Positions 19,896 to 29,937 of a stretch of DNA of 64,000 nucleotides are shown one piece after another. Numbering within the stretch: position 1 is the first letter of the stretch; each line of letters starts with the position of its first letter. Source of the DNA: an uncultured Gammaproteobacteria bacterium (GTDB taxonomy: Bacteria; Pseudomonadota; Gammaproteobacteria; JACCXJ01); the NCBI GenBank assembly GCA_963764725.1, contig CAVXTM010000002.1:1-64000 (forward strand). Reading direction: 5' to 3'. A model generated the notes under the pieces. That model had not been told where the DNA came from, did no database searches, and saw nothing but the letters and a program-made list of their open reading frames with translations. The translations under genes were made by a program, and so were the position numbers.

Positions 19896-21281
19896 ATGAC
19901 GAGGACTGAGGACTACGATGCACGGGTCGCCGTGCTGCGCGCGCAGTACGACGCCATCCCCGTAGGCGCACCGGTGCGGCTGGCGAAGAAGACGTCCAAC
20001 CTGTTCCGCACCCGCGACGACAGCGGGGCCACGCAGCTGGACGTCAGCGGCTTCACCGGTGTGCTAGCCGTCGACCCGGTCGCGCGCACGGCCGATGTGC
20101 TCGGCATGACGACCTATGAGGAGCTGGTCGACGCCACGCTGACGCACGGCCTCATGCCGCTGGTGGTGCCGCAGCTCAAGACCATCACCCTCGGCGGCGC
20201 CGTCACCGGCCTCGGCATCGAGAGTTCGAGCTTCCGCAACGGCACCCCGCACGAGTCGGTGCTCGAGATGGACGTGCTGACCGGCGACGGACGCGTCATC
20301 ATCGCGACGCCCGACAGTCGTTCGACTCCTGAGCACCGGGACCTGTTCTACGGCTTCCCCAACTCCTACGGCACGCTCGGCTACGCGCTGCGGTTGACGA
20401 TCGAGCTCGAGCCGGTGCGGCCTTATGTCGCGCTGCGCCATCTGCGGCTGGGCAGCGTCGCCGAGGCCGCGGCCCTGATGGAGCTCATCTGCGACGCGGG
20501 CGAGCACGCCAGCCAGCAGGTGGACTTCGTCGATGGCACGTGGTTCTCGCCGGCGGAGGTCTACCTCACCCTCGGCCGGTTCACGAGCGACTCCAACCCG
20601 GAGCGCGTCAGCGACTACACCGGCCGCGAGATCTACTACCGCTCGATCCAGCGCCGGCGCACCGACGTGCTGACCGTGCGCGACTACCTATGGCGCTGGG
20701 ACACCGACTGGTTCTGGTGCTCCCGGGCCTTCGGTGCGCAGAACCCGCACATCCGCCCGTTCATCCCGAGGAAGTTCCTGCGCAGCGACGTCTGGTGGAA
20801 GCTCGTCGCCTTCGAGCAGAAACACCGCTGGAAGACCCGGTGGGACCGTTGGCGCGGCCTGCCCGAGCGCGAGGAGGTCGTCCAGGACGTCGGGGTGCCG
20901 GTCGCGAGCCTCGAGCGGTTCATGGACGTCTTTGCCCGCGAGGTACCGATCGAGCCGGTATGGTTCTGCCCGTTGCGCCAGCGCCAGCGCGACGCGATCT
21001 GGGAGCTCTACCGGCTCGACCCCGACGTGCTCTATGTCAACGTCGGCTTCTGGTCGAGCGTCGCACTCGAGCCGGGTGAGTCCGACGGCACGCACAATCG
21101 TCTGATCGAGGACCTCGTCGACTCCCTCGGCGGCCGCAAGTCGCTCTACTCCACCTCCTTCTACGAGGAGGAAGAGTTTTGGCGGATTTACAACGGGCCA
21201 TCGTACGACGCGCTGAAGAAGAGCTATGATCCGCAGGGACGGCTGCTCGACCTCTACGCTAAGTGCGTGGGCCGGGCGTAG
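19896..21281 (+). CDS. bfaA: FAD-binding oxidoreductase, BfaA/Rv3719-like
   Basis: VRLAKKTSNLFR, VVPQLKTITLGGAVTGLGIESSSFRNG, DYLWRWDTDWFWCS; precedes cfa-like gene. Confidence 0.8.
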   Translation: MTRTEDYDARVAVLRAQYDAIPVGAPVRLAKKTSNLFRTRDDSGATQLDVSGFTGVLAVDPVARTADVLGMTTYEELVDATLTHGLMPLVVPQLKTITLGGAVTGLGIESSSFRNGTPHESVLEMDVLTGDGRVIIATPDSRSTPEHRDLFYGFPNSYGTLGYALRLTIELEPVRPYVALRHLRLGSVAEAAALMELICDAGEHASQQVDFVDGTWFSPAEVYLTLGRFTSDSNPERVSDYTGREIYYRSIQRRRTDVLTVRDYLWRWDTDWFWCSRAFGAQNPHIRPFIPRKFLRSDVWWKLVAFEQKHRWKTRWDRWRGLPEREEVVQDVGVPVASLERFMDVFAREVPIEPVWFCPLRQRQRDAIWELYRLDPDVLYVNVGFWSSVALEPGESDGTHNRLIEDLVDSLGGRKSLYSTSFYEEEEFWRIYNGPSYDALKKSYDPQGRLLDLYAKCVGRA

Positions 21282-21295
21282 GAGAGGAAAGCGCA

Positions 21296-22543
21296 GTGGC
21301 ACGTATGGCGGTGGCCGAGGCGCTCGCGCAGTTGGTCCATGCAGCCGTCCGTTTCGAGGCATACGACGGCTCGGCGGCCGGTCCGGCCGACGCGCAGATC
21401 CGCATCACCATCCGCGGCCCGAAGGCGCTGGCGCACCTGGTGAGCGCGCCGGGTGAGCTCGGGTTCGCCCGGGCGTACGTCAGCGGCGAGATCGATCTGC
21501 ATGCGCCCGACCACTACACCGCGCTGGCGGTGCTGTCGTGGCAGGAGATCGACCTGACGTGGGCGGAGCGCTGGCAGGTGCTGCGCTCGCTCGGCTCGGA
21601 AGCCGTGCGGTGGGTCGAGCCGCCGCCGCAAGAGGTCGGCGCCAAGCGCTGTCTGTCGGGCTTGTACCGCCACACCCGCGGCCGCGATGCGATCGCCATC
21701 AGCCACCACTACGACGTGAGCAACCGCTTCTACGAGCTCGTGCTCGGCCCGTCCATGGGTTACACGTGCGCGGTGTACCCGACCGACGACGCGACGCTGG
21801 AGCAGGCGCAAACCGAGAAGTTCGACCTGGTCGCGCGCAAGCTCGCGCTGCAGCGAGGCCAGCGGCTGCTCGACGTCGGCTGCGGCTGGGGCGGCATGGT
21901 CATGCACGCCGCGAAGGAGTACGGCGTGCGTGCCCTCGGCGTGACGCTGTCGCGGCAGCAAGCCGCGTGGGGGCAGAAGGCGGTCGCCGTGGCGGGCCTG
22001 TCTGAGCTTGTCGAGATCCGCCACCTGGACTACCGCGACGTGCCCGAGACTGGCTTCGACGCCGTCAGCTCGATCGGGCTCACCGAGCACATCGGGGTGG
22101 CCGAGATCCCAGCGTATGCCCGGTGGCTGTTCACGAAACTGACGCCCGGCGGGCGCCTGCTCAACCACTGCATCACCCGGCCGAGCGTGGCTCATGCCTC
22201 CATCAGCCGGCGCGGGTTCATCCGGCGCTACGTCTTCCCCGACGGCGAGCTGCCGGGCGTGTCGGAGGTCGTGCGCGCCCTTGAGCTGGCAGGCCTGGAG
22301 GTCCGGCACGAGGAGAACCTGCGCGAGCACTACGCCAAGACCTGCCACGCCTGGTGCGACAACCTCGACGCGCACTGGGACGAAGCCGTCCGCGAGGTCG
22401 GGCAGGGCACGGCACGCGTGTGGGCGCTCTACCTTGCCGGCTCGCGACTGGGCTTCGAGAACAACGACATCCAGCTGCACCAGGTGCTCGCGGTGAAGCC
22501 CGACGGGAGCCGCTCGGGGATGCCGCTGCGCCCGGTCTTCTAG
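21296..22543 (+). CDS. bfaB: SAM-dependent fatty-acid methyltransferase (CFA synthase family), BfaB/Rv3720-like
   Basis: ISHHYDVSNRFYE, LLDVGCGWG, YVFPDGEL, LREHYA; RBS AGGAGAGG. Confidence 0.8.
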   Translation: MARMAVAEALAQLVHAAVRFEAYDGSAAGPADAQIRITIRGPKALAHLVSAPGELGFARAYVSGEIDLHAPDHYTALAVLSWQEIDLTWAERWQVLRSLGSEAVRWVEPPPQEVGAKRCLSGLYRHTRGRDAIAISHHYDVSNRFYELVLGPSMGYTCAVYPTDDATLEQAQTEKFDLVARKLALQRGQRLLDVGCGWGGMVMHAAKEYGVRALGVTLSRQQAAWGQKAVAVAGLSELVEIRHLDYRDVPETGFDAVSSIGLTEHIGVAEIPAYARWLFTKLTPGGRLLNHCITRPSVAHASISRRGFIRRYVFPDGELPGVSEVVRALELAGLEVRHEENLREHYAKTCHAWCDNLDAHWDEAVREVGQGTARVWALYLAGSRLGFENNDIQLHQVLAVKPDGSRSGMPLRPVF

Positions 22544-22696
22544 CTAGGGCATCGCAGCCCGGTCGCCTCGGTGGCGCTCGGCGTGCCGGTGCGGGTCCTA
22601 GTGTTCGGCGTCATGCAGACGTCCACGCCGTCTCCGGTGCTTGCGCTCGCCGGGAAGAGGCGTGCCCTCGCCGCCTCGCGCAATACCTCAGCGCAT

Positions 22697-22738
22697 GAAA
22701 AAGAGCGCCGTGCAATGCACGCCGCTCTTTTCTCTTTC
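22697..22738. terminator. Bidirectional terminator between convergent genes
   Basis: AAAAAGAGCG...CGCTCTTTT hairpin. Confidence 0.7.
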
Positions 22739-22749
22739 GGAGGGACCGC

Positions 22750-24165
22750 TCAGCTGATCTTGATCGGCACGTAGATCTTCGCGTCCTGGCGCTGCACCAG
22801 CAGGGCGACATTGCCCTTGGCCGAGTCGGCCGCCCTGCGCAGGTCCTCGACGCCCTTCACCGGCGTGTCGTTCACCGCGAGAATCACGTCGCCCTGGCGG
22901 ATGCCGGCACGCGCCGCCGGTCCCGTCGCGCCTTCGACGATGACCCCGCCTTCGGTCGAGAGTTGCTTCTTCTCTTCGGCACTCAGCGGCCGCACCGAGA
23001 GGCCCAGCTTGCCCTGGTCCGCGGCGGGCGCACCGCCTGCCTGCGCCACGCTCTCCGACGGCACCTCGCTCAGGCTGGCGCGCATATAGCGCAAGACACC
23101 CTTGCGCCAGACCTTCAGGTTGACGCTGGTGCCCGGCTTCATCTGGGCCACGGCCCGCGCCAGATCGTCCGCTTCATCGATGGCCTTGTCGTTGAGCGAC
23201 AGGATGATGTCGCCGGTGGCGATGCCGGCCTTCTGCGCCGCGCTGCCTTCTTCCACCGAGATCACGAGGGCGCCCTGCGGCTTGGCGAGGCCGAATGAGT
23301 CGGCCAACTCGTTTGTCACCGACTGGATGGAAACGCCCAGCCGGCCGCGGCTCACCTTTCCGTGCTTCCGCAGGTCTTCCTTGATATCGATGGCGAAGTC
23401 AATGGGAATCGCGAACGACAGGCCCATGTATCCGCCGGTGCGGCTGTAGATCTGTGAATTGATGCCGATCACCTCGCCCGCCATGTTGAACAGCGGGCCG
23501 CCGGAGTTGCCCGGATTGACCGCAACGTCGGTCTGGATGAACGGAACGATGCTCTCGCCCGACAGGGAGCGCGACTTCGCCGAGATGATGCCGGCCGTCA
23601 CGGTGTTCTCCAGGCCGAACGGCGAGCCTATGGCCGCGACCCATTCGCCGACCGACGCTTTCTCGGGGTCGCCGATTCTGACGGTCGGCAGGCCCTTGCC
23701 TTCGATCTTCACCAGCGCGACGTCGGTGCGCTGGTCGGCGCCGATCACCTTCGCCTTAAACTCTCGCTTGTCGGTCAACTTCACGTTGACCTCGGCCGCA
23801 TCGGCCACGACGTGCGCATTGGTGAGGATGTAGCCGTCGCCGCTGATGATGAAACCGGAACCGACCCCCTGGCGCAGCTGCTCGCCGCCGGGCGAGGGCA
23901 CCTGGCCGCCGAACTGGCGGAAGAACTCATAGAACGGATCGCCGGGCTCGATCCCGGGGATGCCCTGGGCGCCGGTGCGTGCCTTGGCGGTGGTGCTGAT
24001 GTTCACGACGGCGGGGCCGTATTGCTTCACCAAGCCGCTGAAATCCGGCAGGGCGCGGGCGGTCGGCGTTTGCTGCATGGGGGCGATGGCGGCAAAGACC
24101 GGCGACAGCGCGCCGCCAGCCAGGGAGAGCGCCAGCATCGCCCCTAATTTTCTCGACGAAATCAT
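22750..24165 (-). CDS. degP: DegP/DegQ (Do) serine endoprotease with two PDZ domains
   Basis: GSGFII, LTNAHVV, QTDVAVNPGNSGGPL; start MISSRK with RBS GGAGG (ORF-track start is too long). Confidence 0.9.
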   Translation of the reverse strand: MISSRKLGAMLALSLAGGALSPVFAAIAPMQQTPTARALPDFSGLVKQYGPAVVNISTTAKARTGAQGIPGIEPGDPFYEFFRQFGGQVPSPGGEQLRQGVGSGFIISGDGYILTNAHVVADAAEVNVKLTDKREFKAKVIGADQRTDVALVKIEGKGLPTVRIGDPEKASVGEWVAAIGSPFGLENTVTAGIISAKSRSLSGESIVPFIQTDVAVNPGNSGGPLFNMAGEVIGINSQIYSRTGGYMGLSFAIPIDFAIDIKEDLRKHGKVSRGRLGVSIQSVTNELADSFGLAKPQGALVISVEEGSAAQKAGIATGDIILSLNDKAIDEADDLARAVAQMKPGTSVNLKVWRKGVLRYMRASLSEVPSESVAQAGGAPAADQGKLGLSVRPLSAEEKKQLSTEGGVIVEGATGPAARAGIRQGDVILAVNDTPVKGVEDLRRAADSAKGNVALLVQRQDAKIYVPIKIS

Positions 24166-24335
24166 GGACGTTCCTCCGATTCTAGAGATGCCCCTGGGTC
24201 CGTTCGGCCCCCTTGAAGTTCCCTGGGGCGCGGTATTTTCGGACTCTTGAACGTTTCGTGCCTGTCCCGCATCTGGGAGACAGAGGCTGCAAGGCCACCG
24301 AATCCCATTTCGTAACAGGTTGTTCCGAGGCCCGG

Positions 24336-25598
24336 TCACCCCGGATCGGGCTCGTGCGGCAGGCTGACGACGACCGCGAGCCCTCCCAGCTCGGCGTCGC
24401 GCCGGAAATCGATCTGGCCCTGATAGGCCGCCACGATGTCGCCGACGATCGCGAGCCCGAGACCGTAGCCGCTGCGTGACTCGTCGAGCCGCGCACCCCG
24501 CGCGAGCACGACGGCGATCGCTGCGCTGTCGATTCCCGGCCCATCGTCGCTGACGGTGATCTCTATACGCTCTCTGGCGGCGACCCTGACCCGGACCCGG
24601 CGCCGGGCCCACTTGCACGCATTCTCCAGCAGGTTGCCGAGTAGCTCCTGCAGGTCCTCGCGCTCGCCGAAAGGCCGGACGACCCCCGTCACGACGTAAT
24701 CGAGCTTAAGGTCGCGGTCTCGGTAGAGCTGCCGCACCGTCGCGCAGAGGTCCTCGAGATCGGAAGGCACCGCGAAGCGCTCCGCCGGCGCGCTGTTGCC
24801 GGCGAGCCGGGCGCGCTTGAGCTCCCGTTCGGCGAGAGCGGCGATCTGCTCGGCTTGTGCGCGCGCGTCAGCGGTGGCCTCTGGTGTCACCGGATCGCGC
24901 GCGAGATCGTCGGCGAGGATCTGCAGCGGGGTCTTCAAGGCATGTGCGAGGTCGCCCAGCGCATGGCGCGAGCGCGCGAGGCGACGCGCCAGCGTCTGCA
25001 GCAGACGATTCACTTCCCGCACGAGCGGCAGCACTTCCTGGGGCACGTCTTCCGAGAGACACTGGGCGGTGCCGGCCTCGAGCGCCCCGACCGCCTCGCG
25101 GATCCGCGCAAGAGGCCGAAACGATACCCGCAGCACTGCATGCTGCGTGAGTCCGAAAACGACTGCAGCCGCCAACGCGAACGCCACGACCGCGAATCCC
25201 AGTCGTCTTCGATGGCTGTTGACCGGGGCGAGATCGGCAGCCACCGCCAGCGTGAACCGCTGGTCGCCCTTGCGATAGCCGCCGGTTCTGACCAGCAATC
25301 GCTGCTGCTGAGGGCCGGTCAGGTGCAGCAGCTCGACCGTTCCCGGTGCGAGCGGTGAGACGGCGAGCTCGCCATCCCACAAGGACCGTGAGGTAAGTAC
25401 GGTATCGTCGATCAGCAACGCGTAATAGTGGCCCGAAAAAGGCTGCCGGAAGGTGGGATGGACGGTGCTGAGCTGCGGTGCCCCGCTCGCGTCGAAATCG
25501 AGCGTGGCGAGCAAAGCCTCGGTGTCATCCGTGAGCTGCGTCGCGATCAGGTCGGTCGCGAGGGTTTCCAGCAATCTGCTGCCGGCGAACCAGAGCAA
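24336..25598 (-). CDS. Orphan sensor histidine kinase (PhoQ-like), N-terminus damaged
   Basis: LAHALKTPL, LLGNLLENACKW, DDGPGI, GYGLGLAIV; upstream in-frame stop; no response regulator. Confidence 0.8.
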   Translation of the reverse strand: MLWFAGSRLLETLATDLIATQLTDDTEALLATLDFDASGAPQLSTVHPTFRQPFSGHYYALLIDDTVLTSRSLWDGELAVSPLAPGTVELLHLTGPQQQRLLVRTGGYRKGDQRFTLAVAADLAPVNSHRRRLGFAVVAFALAAAVVFGLTQHAVLRVSFRPLARIREAVGALEAGTAQCLSEDVPQEVLPLVREVNRLLQTLARRLARSRHALGDLAHALKTPLQILADDLARDPVTPEATADARAQAEQIAALAERELKRARLAGNSAPAERFAVPSDLEDLCATVRQLYRDRDLKLDYVVTGVVRPFGEREDLQELLGNLLENACKWARRRVRVRVAARERIEITVSDDGPGIDSAAIAVVLARGARLDESRSGYGLGLAIVGDIVAAYQGQIDFRRDAELGGLAVVVSLPHEPDPG

Positions 25599-25699
25599 AA
25601 GTGCGAACGCGAGCAGCCGGACGTTGTGAAGAGTCTAGTGCAGGTGCCTGAAACGAAGCTGAAAGCAATGGGGCGCCGCGGTGTGGTCGCGAAACTTGA

Positions 25700-25815
25700 C
25701 CGATCCGAGCGTGCTCGGGCATGCTCGAAGCCGTGCACCAGGCCCCGAGCGTGGGGCTTATGCAGCCCTGGCGCGTGGTGCGTGTCACCGATCTGGCTTT
25801 GCGTCGAGAGATCCC
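25700..25815 (+). pseudogene. Fragment of BluB-like nitroreductase
   Basis: LEAVHQAPSVGLMQPWRVVRVTD. Confidence 0.55.
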
Positions 25816-25931
25816 ACGGCTGGTCGTCTGTTGGCCTCCGGAGCGCGCCAACTTGTCGGAGCGGGGCAAAGAGAACAACATGACGTGGCAGGTGGAGTTC
25901 AACGTTCCGTGAGGGCGAGCACTTAGCCTTA

Positions 25932-27227
25932 AGGGCACTTCGATAAATTCGTTTCCAGTGGTAGCTAACCGTTAAATAACCAAGGATGATTAAAGTCGGG
26001 TAAGTGGTGTTTTGTACACGGCTACCGCTTGCCTTATAGGATGCCGTTTACCATCGCTGCTTTAGGTTGCGTGGGCAAGCCGATTTCCTGGCTTGCGTCG
26101 CTCCAGTTGCAGATAGCGCATGATGTTGTAGGTGAGGTTCATCAGCGCGATCATGGTCTTGGCCCTAGCCAGTCCTATGGTGCGGATGAGTTTGCCGCCC
26201 ATGGAGTTATGCTGAAAGCCAAAGACATGCTCGACCCGGGCGCGGATGGTGGAGCGCAGGCGGTTGAGGCGCTTTTTGTGCGCACTCAGCGGTTTGCCCC
26301 GCTGGCCTTTGTAGTGGATCTGGCTCTTGAAGCCAGCCTCCCCAAGCCGCTGTTCGGTTTCCTCGGACCGATAGGCACTGTCGGCCCAGACAGAGGCTCC
26401 GGTGTTGGCTTCATCGAGCACCTCCGCTAAGAGCTGGCTATCGTGGATGGCGGCATCGGTGACGGTAAAGTTGCGGATGAGCTTGTGCTTGTTGTCCACG
26501 TTGATGTGGTTCTTGTACCCAAAGTAGCTCTTGCCGTGTTTCTTGGTCCAACGGGCGTCGGTGTCCTTCTGCCGGCGCATCGCGGGGTTGTTTTCCCAGT
26601 CCTCAGGCAGCTCGCCGCCTTTGATCGCCGCATTCTCTTCCCGAGTATTCCTCTGGCGGGGCACCGGCACGATGCTGGCATCGATCTGCCCGGCTTTTGC
26701 CTGATAGCCGCGCTCGCTGAGATAGGCATTGAAGCGCTCAAAGAGCCCCTCCAAGAGGCCTTGCTCGGCCAACACCTGCCTATAGGCCCACAGCGTGGTG
26801 GCATCGGGCACGTTGTCCTGCAGGTTGAGCCCGAGAAAGCGCATGAACGACATCCGGTCTTTGATTTGATACTCCATCTGCTGATCGGAGATGTTATACA
26901 GACTCTGCAACACTAACGCCTTGAACATCATCACCGGGTCCAAAGGCTTGCGACCGGCGGGTGATTTACGCTCCTTCTCATGGATCTTGGCGCATAGCGG
27001 ACGAAATTCCTCCCACGGGACCGACTCCTTGAGCACCACCAACGGGTCACCCATCGCGTCCAGTGCGTCATAGCGCTCCTCTACATCAAACAACCCCGGT
27101 TGCCCCATGATCATCTCCCCTTGCTGCTCTTATGGATGAGGGCCCATATTCTAACACGAGTTATATATCCGATCAGCTACTAAAAGCTATACTAAGGCCC
27201 GAGTCGAGGAATTAATCGAAGTGCCCT
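25932..27227 (-). mobile_element. IS5-family insertion sequence
   Basis: Terminal IRs AGGGCACTTCGATAAATTC / GAATTAATCGAAGTGCCCT (1 mismatch), flanked by TTA on both sides. Confidence 0.92.
26062..27114 (-). CDS. IS5-family DDE transposase
   Basis: VPDATTLW, IDASIV, KDTDARWTKK, FGYKNH, WADSAY, RARVEHVFG. Confidence 0.95.
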   Translation of the reverse strand: MIMGQPGLFDVEERYDALDAMGDPLVVLKESVPWEEFRPLCAKIHEKERKSPAGRKPLDPVMMFKALVLQSLYNISDQQMEYQIKDRMSFMRFLGLNLQDNVPDATTLWAYRQVLAEQGLLEGLFERFNAYLSERGYQAKAGQIDASIVPVPRQRNTREENAAIKGGELPEDWENNPAMRRQKDTDARWTKKHGKSYFGYKNHINVDNKHKLIRNFTVTDAAIHDSQLLAEVLDEANTGASVWADSAYRSEETEQRLGEAGFKSQIHYKGQRGKPLSAHKKRLNRLRSTIRARVEHVFGFQHNSMGGKLIRTIGLARAKTMIALMNLTYNIMRYLQLERRKPGNRLAHAT

Positions 27228-27284
27228 TTAATAGTACATACAAAAAAGTCTAATTCTTGTAGGCATTTTGAAAGGAGGAAGCTC

Positions 27285-27755
27285 ATGGCAGTAAAACCAA
27301 TTCCAGATGGCTATCACAGCGTGACACCGTACCTAAGCATTAAGGGTGCGGCTGAAGCCATTGAATTTTACAAGAGGGCATTTAACGCAACTGAGTTGTT
27401 CCGACTGGTTGCGCCAAGGGGTGAGATTGGGCACGCCGAAATCAAAATCGGCGATTCATCCATCATGCTAGCCGATCCTTGTGAAACAGGCGCGTTCCGC
27501 AGTCCACAGTCACTGGGTGGTTCGTCGGTTGGCCTTCATGTGTACGTGGAGGATGTGGATACTCAATTTGCCCAGGCCGTTGACGCGGGCGCGAAAATCA
27601 TCAAGCCTGTGCAAGATCAATTTTACGGCGACCGCACAGGTACGCTGGAAGATCCTTTTGGGCATGTTTGGTTTCTCGCCACCCACAAGGAGGATCTCAC
27701 ACCAGAGGAAATCAACAGACGTGCCGAGTCGCTTTTCAAGCAAGGTGGCGCCTAA
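27285..27755 (+). CDS. VOC/PhnB-family protein
   Basis: PIPDGYHSVTPYL, HAEIKIGDS, DQFYGDR...DPFGHVW; RBS AGGAGG. Confidence 0.9.
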   Translation: MAVKPIPDGYHSVTPYLSIKGAAEAIEFYKRAFNATELFRLVAPRGEIGHAEIKIGDSSIMLADPCETGAFRSPQSLGGSSVGLHVYVEDVDTQFAQAVDAGAKIIKPVQDQFYGDRTGTLEDPFGHVWFLATHKEDLTPEEINRRAESLFKQGGA

Positions 27756-27885
27756 CATTGCGGTCGCGAGGGACGCTTACGAAAGCGATGTGCACAAGGC
27801 GAATTTGAAAGCAAGACCCGGAGTGCGAGAGCCAATGGCCACTGATAAATTACGTTCACCATTTGAATCGTTAAAAGGAACGCCT

Positions 27886-28965
27886 ATGAACGTATCGGAA
27901 AAAAACGCACAACGCGCGGCTACGGCGGAGAACGATCCCCGCTGGCCATCGGTCGTCGCCCGTGACCCCAGGGCGGACGGCACATTTTACTATTCGGTCA
28001 AGACAACCGGCGTGTACTGCCGTCCTGCGTGCGCCGCGCGCCTGGCGCGACCGGAGAACGTCCGGTTTCACACCACGCGTGAGGACGCCGAGAAGGCCGG
28101 ATTCCGTCCCTGCAAGCGTTGCAAGCCCAACCAGCCCACGCTGGTTGAGCAACATGCAGCGAAGGTCACGGAAGCTTGCCGGCTCATCGAAGAGTCGGAG
28201 GATGTGCCGAGCTTGGAGGATTTGGCACACCATGTCGGAGTGAGCACCTATCACTTCCACCGCGTTTTCAAGAAGGTCACGGGATTGACGCCAAGGGCGT
28301 TCGCGGCAGCGCATCGCGCCAAGCGTGTGCGAGCTGAGCTCGCTCGGCGCGGTACGGTGACTGAGGCGATCTACGGCGCTGGGTACAACTCCAACGGGCG
28401 CTTCTATGAAAAATCGAACCAGGTATTAGGCATGACGCCTACGAATTATCGCGCCGGTGGCGCCAATACGGCGATACGCTTCGCCATCGGCGAATGCTCC
28501 CTCGGGTCTATCCTCGTCGCTCAAAGCGAGCGCGGTGTTTGTGCCATTCTCCTGGGCGATGAGCCCAACAAATTGGTGCGCGATCTACAAGACCGGTTCC
28601 CGCGAGCCAACGTGATTGGCGGAGACACCGGGTTCGAGCAGCTCGTCGCCAAAGTCGTGGGCTTCCTGGAAACGCCTAGATTGGGACTCGACCTGCCGCT
28701 GGATGTGCGCGGCACCGCGTTCCAGCAGCGCGTTTGGCAAGCCCTGCGGGAGATTCCGGCCGGTGAGACGGTGAGCTATTCCGATCTCGCTAACCGCATC
28801 GGCGCTCCGAAGTCGGTCAGGGCCGTGGCCCAAGCGTGTGCCGCCAATGCCTTGGCGGTGGCAATCCCCTGCCATAGAGTCGTGCGCAACGATGGTGGAC
28901 TATCGGGCTATCGCTGGGGTGTGGAACGCAAGCGCGCGCTACTGGAAAAGGAAGCACAGGCGTGA
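27886..28965 (+). CDS. ada: Bifunctional Ada regulator / O6-methylguanine-DNA methyltransferase
   Basis: [16 protein letters not shown], AraC-type HTH, IPCHRV active site. Confidence 0.95.
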   Translation: MNVSEKNAQRAATAENDPRWPSVVARDPRADGTFYYSVKTTGVYCRPACAARLARPENVRFHTTREDAEKAGFRPCKRCKPNQPTLVEQHAAKVTEACRLIEESEDVPSLEDLAHHVGVSTYHFHRVFKKVTGLTPRAFAAAHRAKRVRAELARRGTVTEAIYGAGYNSNGRFYEKSNQVLGMTPTNYRAGGANTAIRFAIGECSLGSILVAQSERGVCAILLGDEPNKLVRDLQDRFPRANVIGGDTGFEQLVAKVVGFLETPRLGLDLPLDVRGTAFQQRVWQALREIPAGETVSYSDLANRIGAPKSVRAVAQACAANALAVAIPCHRVVRNDGGLSGYRWGVERKRALLEKEAQA

Positions 28966-29707
28966 ACGCACTGGTCAAGGAAGCGCGGGCGATCACACCG
29001 GCCAAGGACATTGCTGGCCGGCTGAAGGCGCTCGATTGGGAGCGGGTGTCGAAAGACCTCGATGCGCAGGGATGCGCGATGATCGAGGATCTCATCACCC
29101 GGCAAGAGGTGCGCTGGCCCGGCTGTACTCGATGGATGGCCTTTTCCGTAGCCGGGTAGTGATGGAACGGCATGGTTTCGGGCGCGGAGAGTACCAGTAT
29201 TTCAGCTATCCACTGCCCGAGGTTATCGGCGGCCTTCGCACTGCCATTTACCCTCGTCTTGCGCCGATAGCCGATCGCTGGAACGCCGCGATGGGCATCG
29301 ACATCCGCTACCCCGAGCAGCATGTGGACTTCATCGCGCGTTGCCATGCGGCCGGACAGCTCAGGCCCACACCGCTGCTGCTTCAATACGGTCCGGGGGA
29401 TTACAACTGCCTGCATCAAGACCTCTACGGCGAGCATGTTTTCCCGCTGCAGGTAACGATTCTGTTGTCAGAACCCGGGAGAGACTTCACGGGCGGCGAG
29501 TTCGTGATCGCCGAGCAGCGCCCGCGCATGCAGTCGCGGCCGGAGGTCGTGCCGCTTCGGCAAGGCGACGCGGTTGTGTTTGCCGTCAATCAGCGTCCGG
29601 TGCAGGGCACGCGCTGTATGCACCGGGTCAAGCTTCGGCACGGGGTCAGCCGCGTGCGCTCGGGGCATCGCTACGCGGTCGGCATCATTTTCCATGACGC
29701 GACGTGA
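28962..29707 (+). pseudogene. 2OG-Fe(II) oxygenase (DUF2086-like), frameshift near 29110
   Basis: LDAQGCA in the first frame; [41 protein letters not shown] in the second. Confidence 0.85.
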
Positions 29708-29937
29708 GAGCGATGGCGAGTTTGCCGCCTTGAGGATTTGGTCGCCGTCGTTCGCCCTTTCGCTCTGGGGATTGCTGACTTTCACGGCGCTGATTTGCCA
29801 ACATGCAAGGGGTATCGAACCGATGCCGTCTAGAGCTTATGAAGTTACCATTGAGACTGGGATGCCCCACCTTGAAGAGAACCTTCGCTACGGCATAACC
29901 CCCTACCGGACATGGACGACTGGTACCGCGCAGTGGC

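Noticed and set aside
21254-22480. Long antisense ORFs (also 39730-40815, 41097-41996 and others)
   Set aside because: Shadows of high-GC genes on the opposite strand, without motifs or RBS
24166-24618. N-terminal extension of the 622-aa ORF
   Set aside because: Overlaps the kinase gene; a good RBS and signal peptide start at 24165
27481-27885. Long N-terminal extension of Ada
   Set aside because: Overlaps the VOC gene and has no recognisable domain
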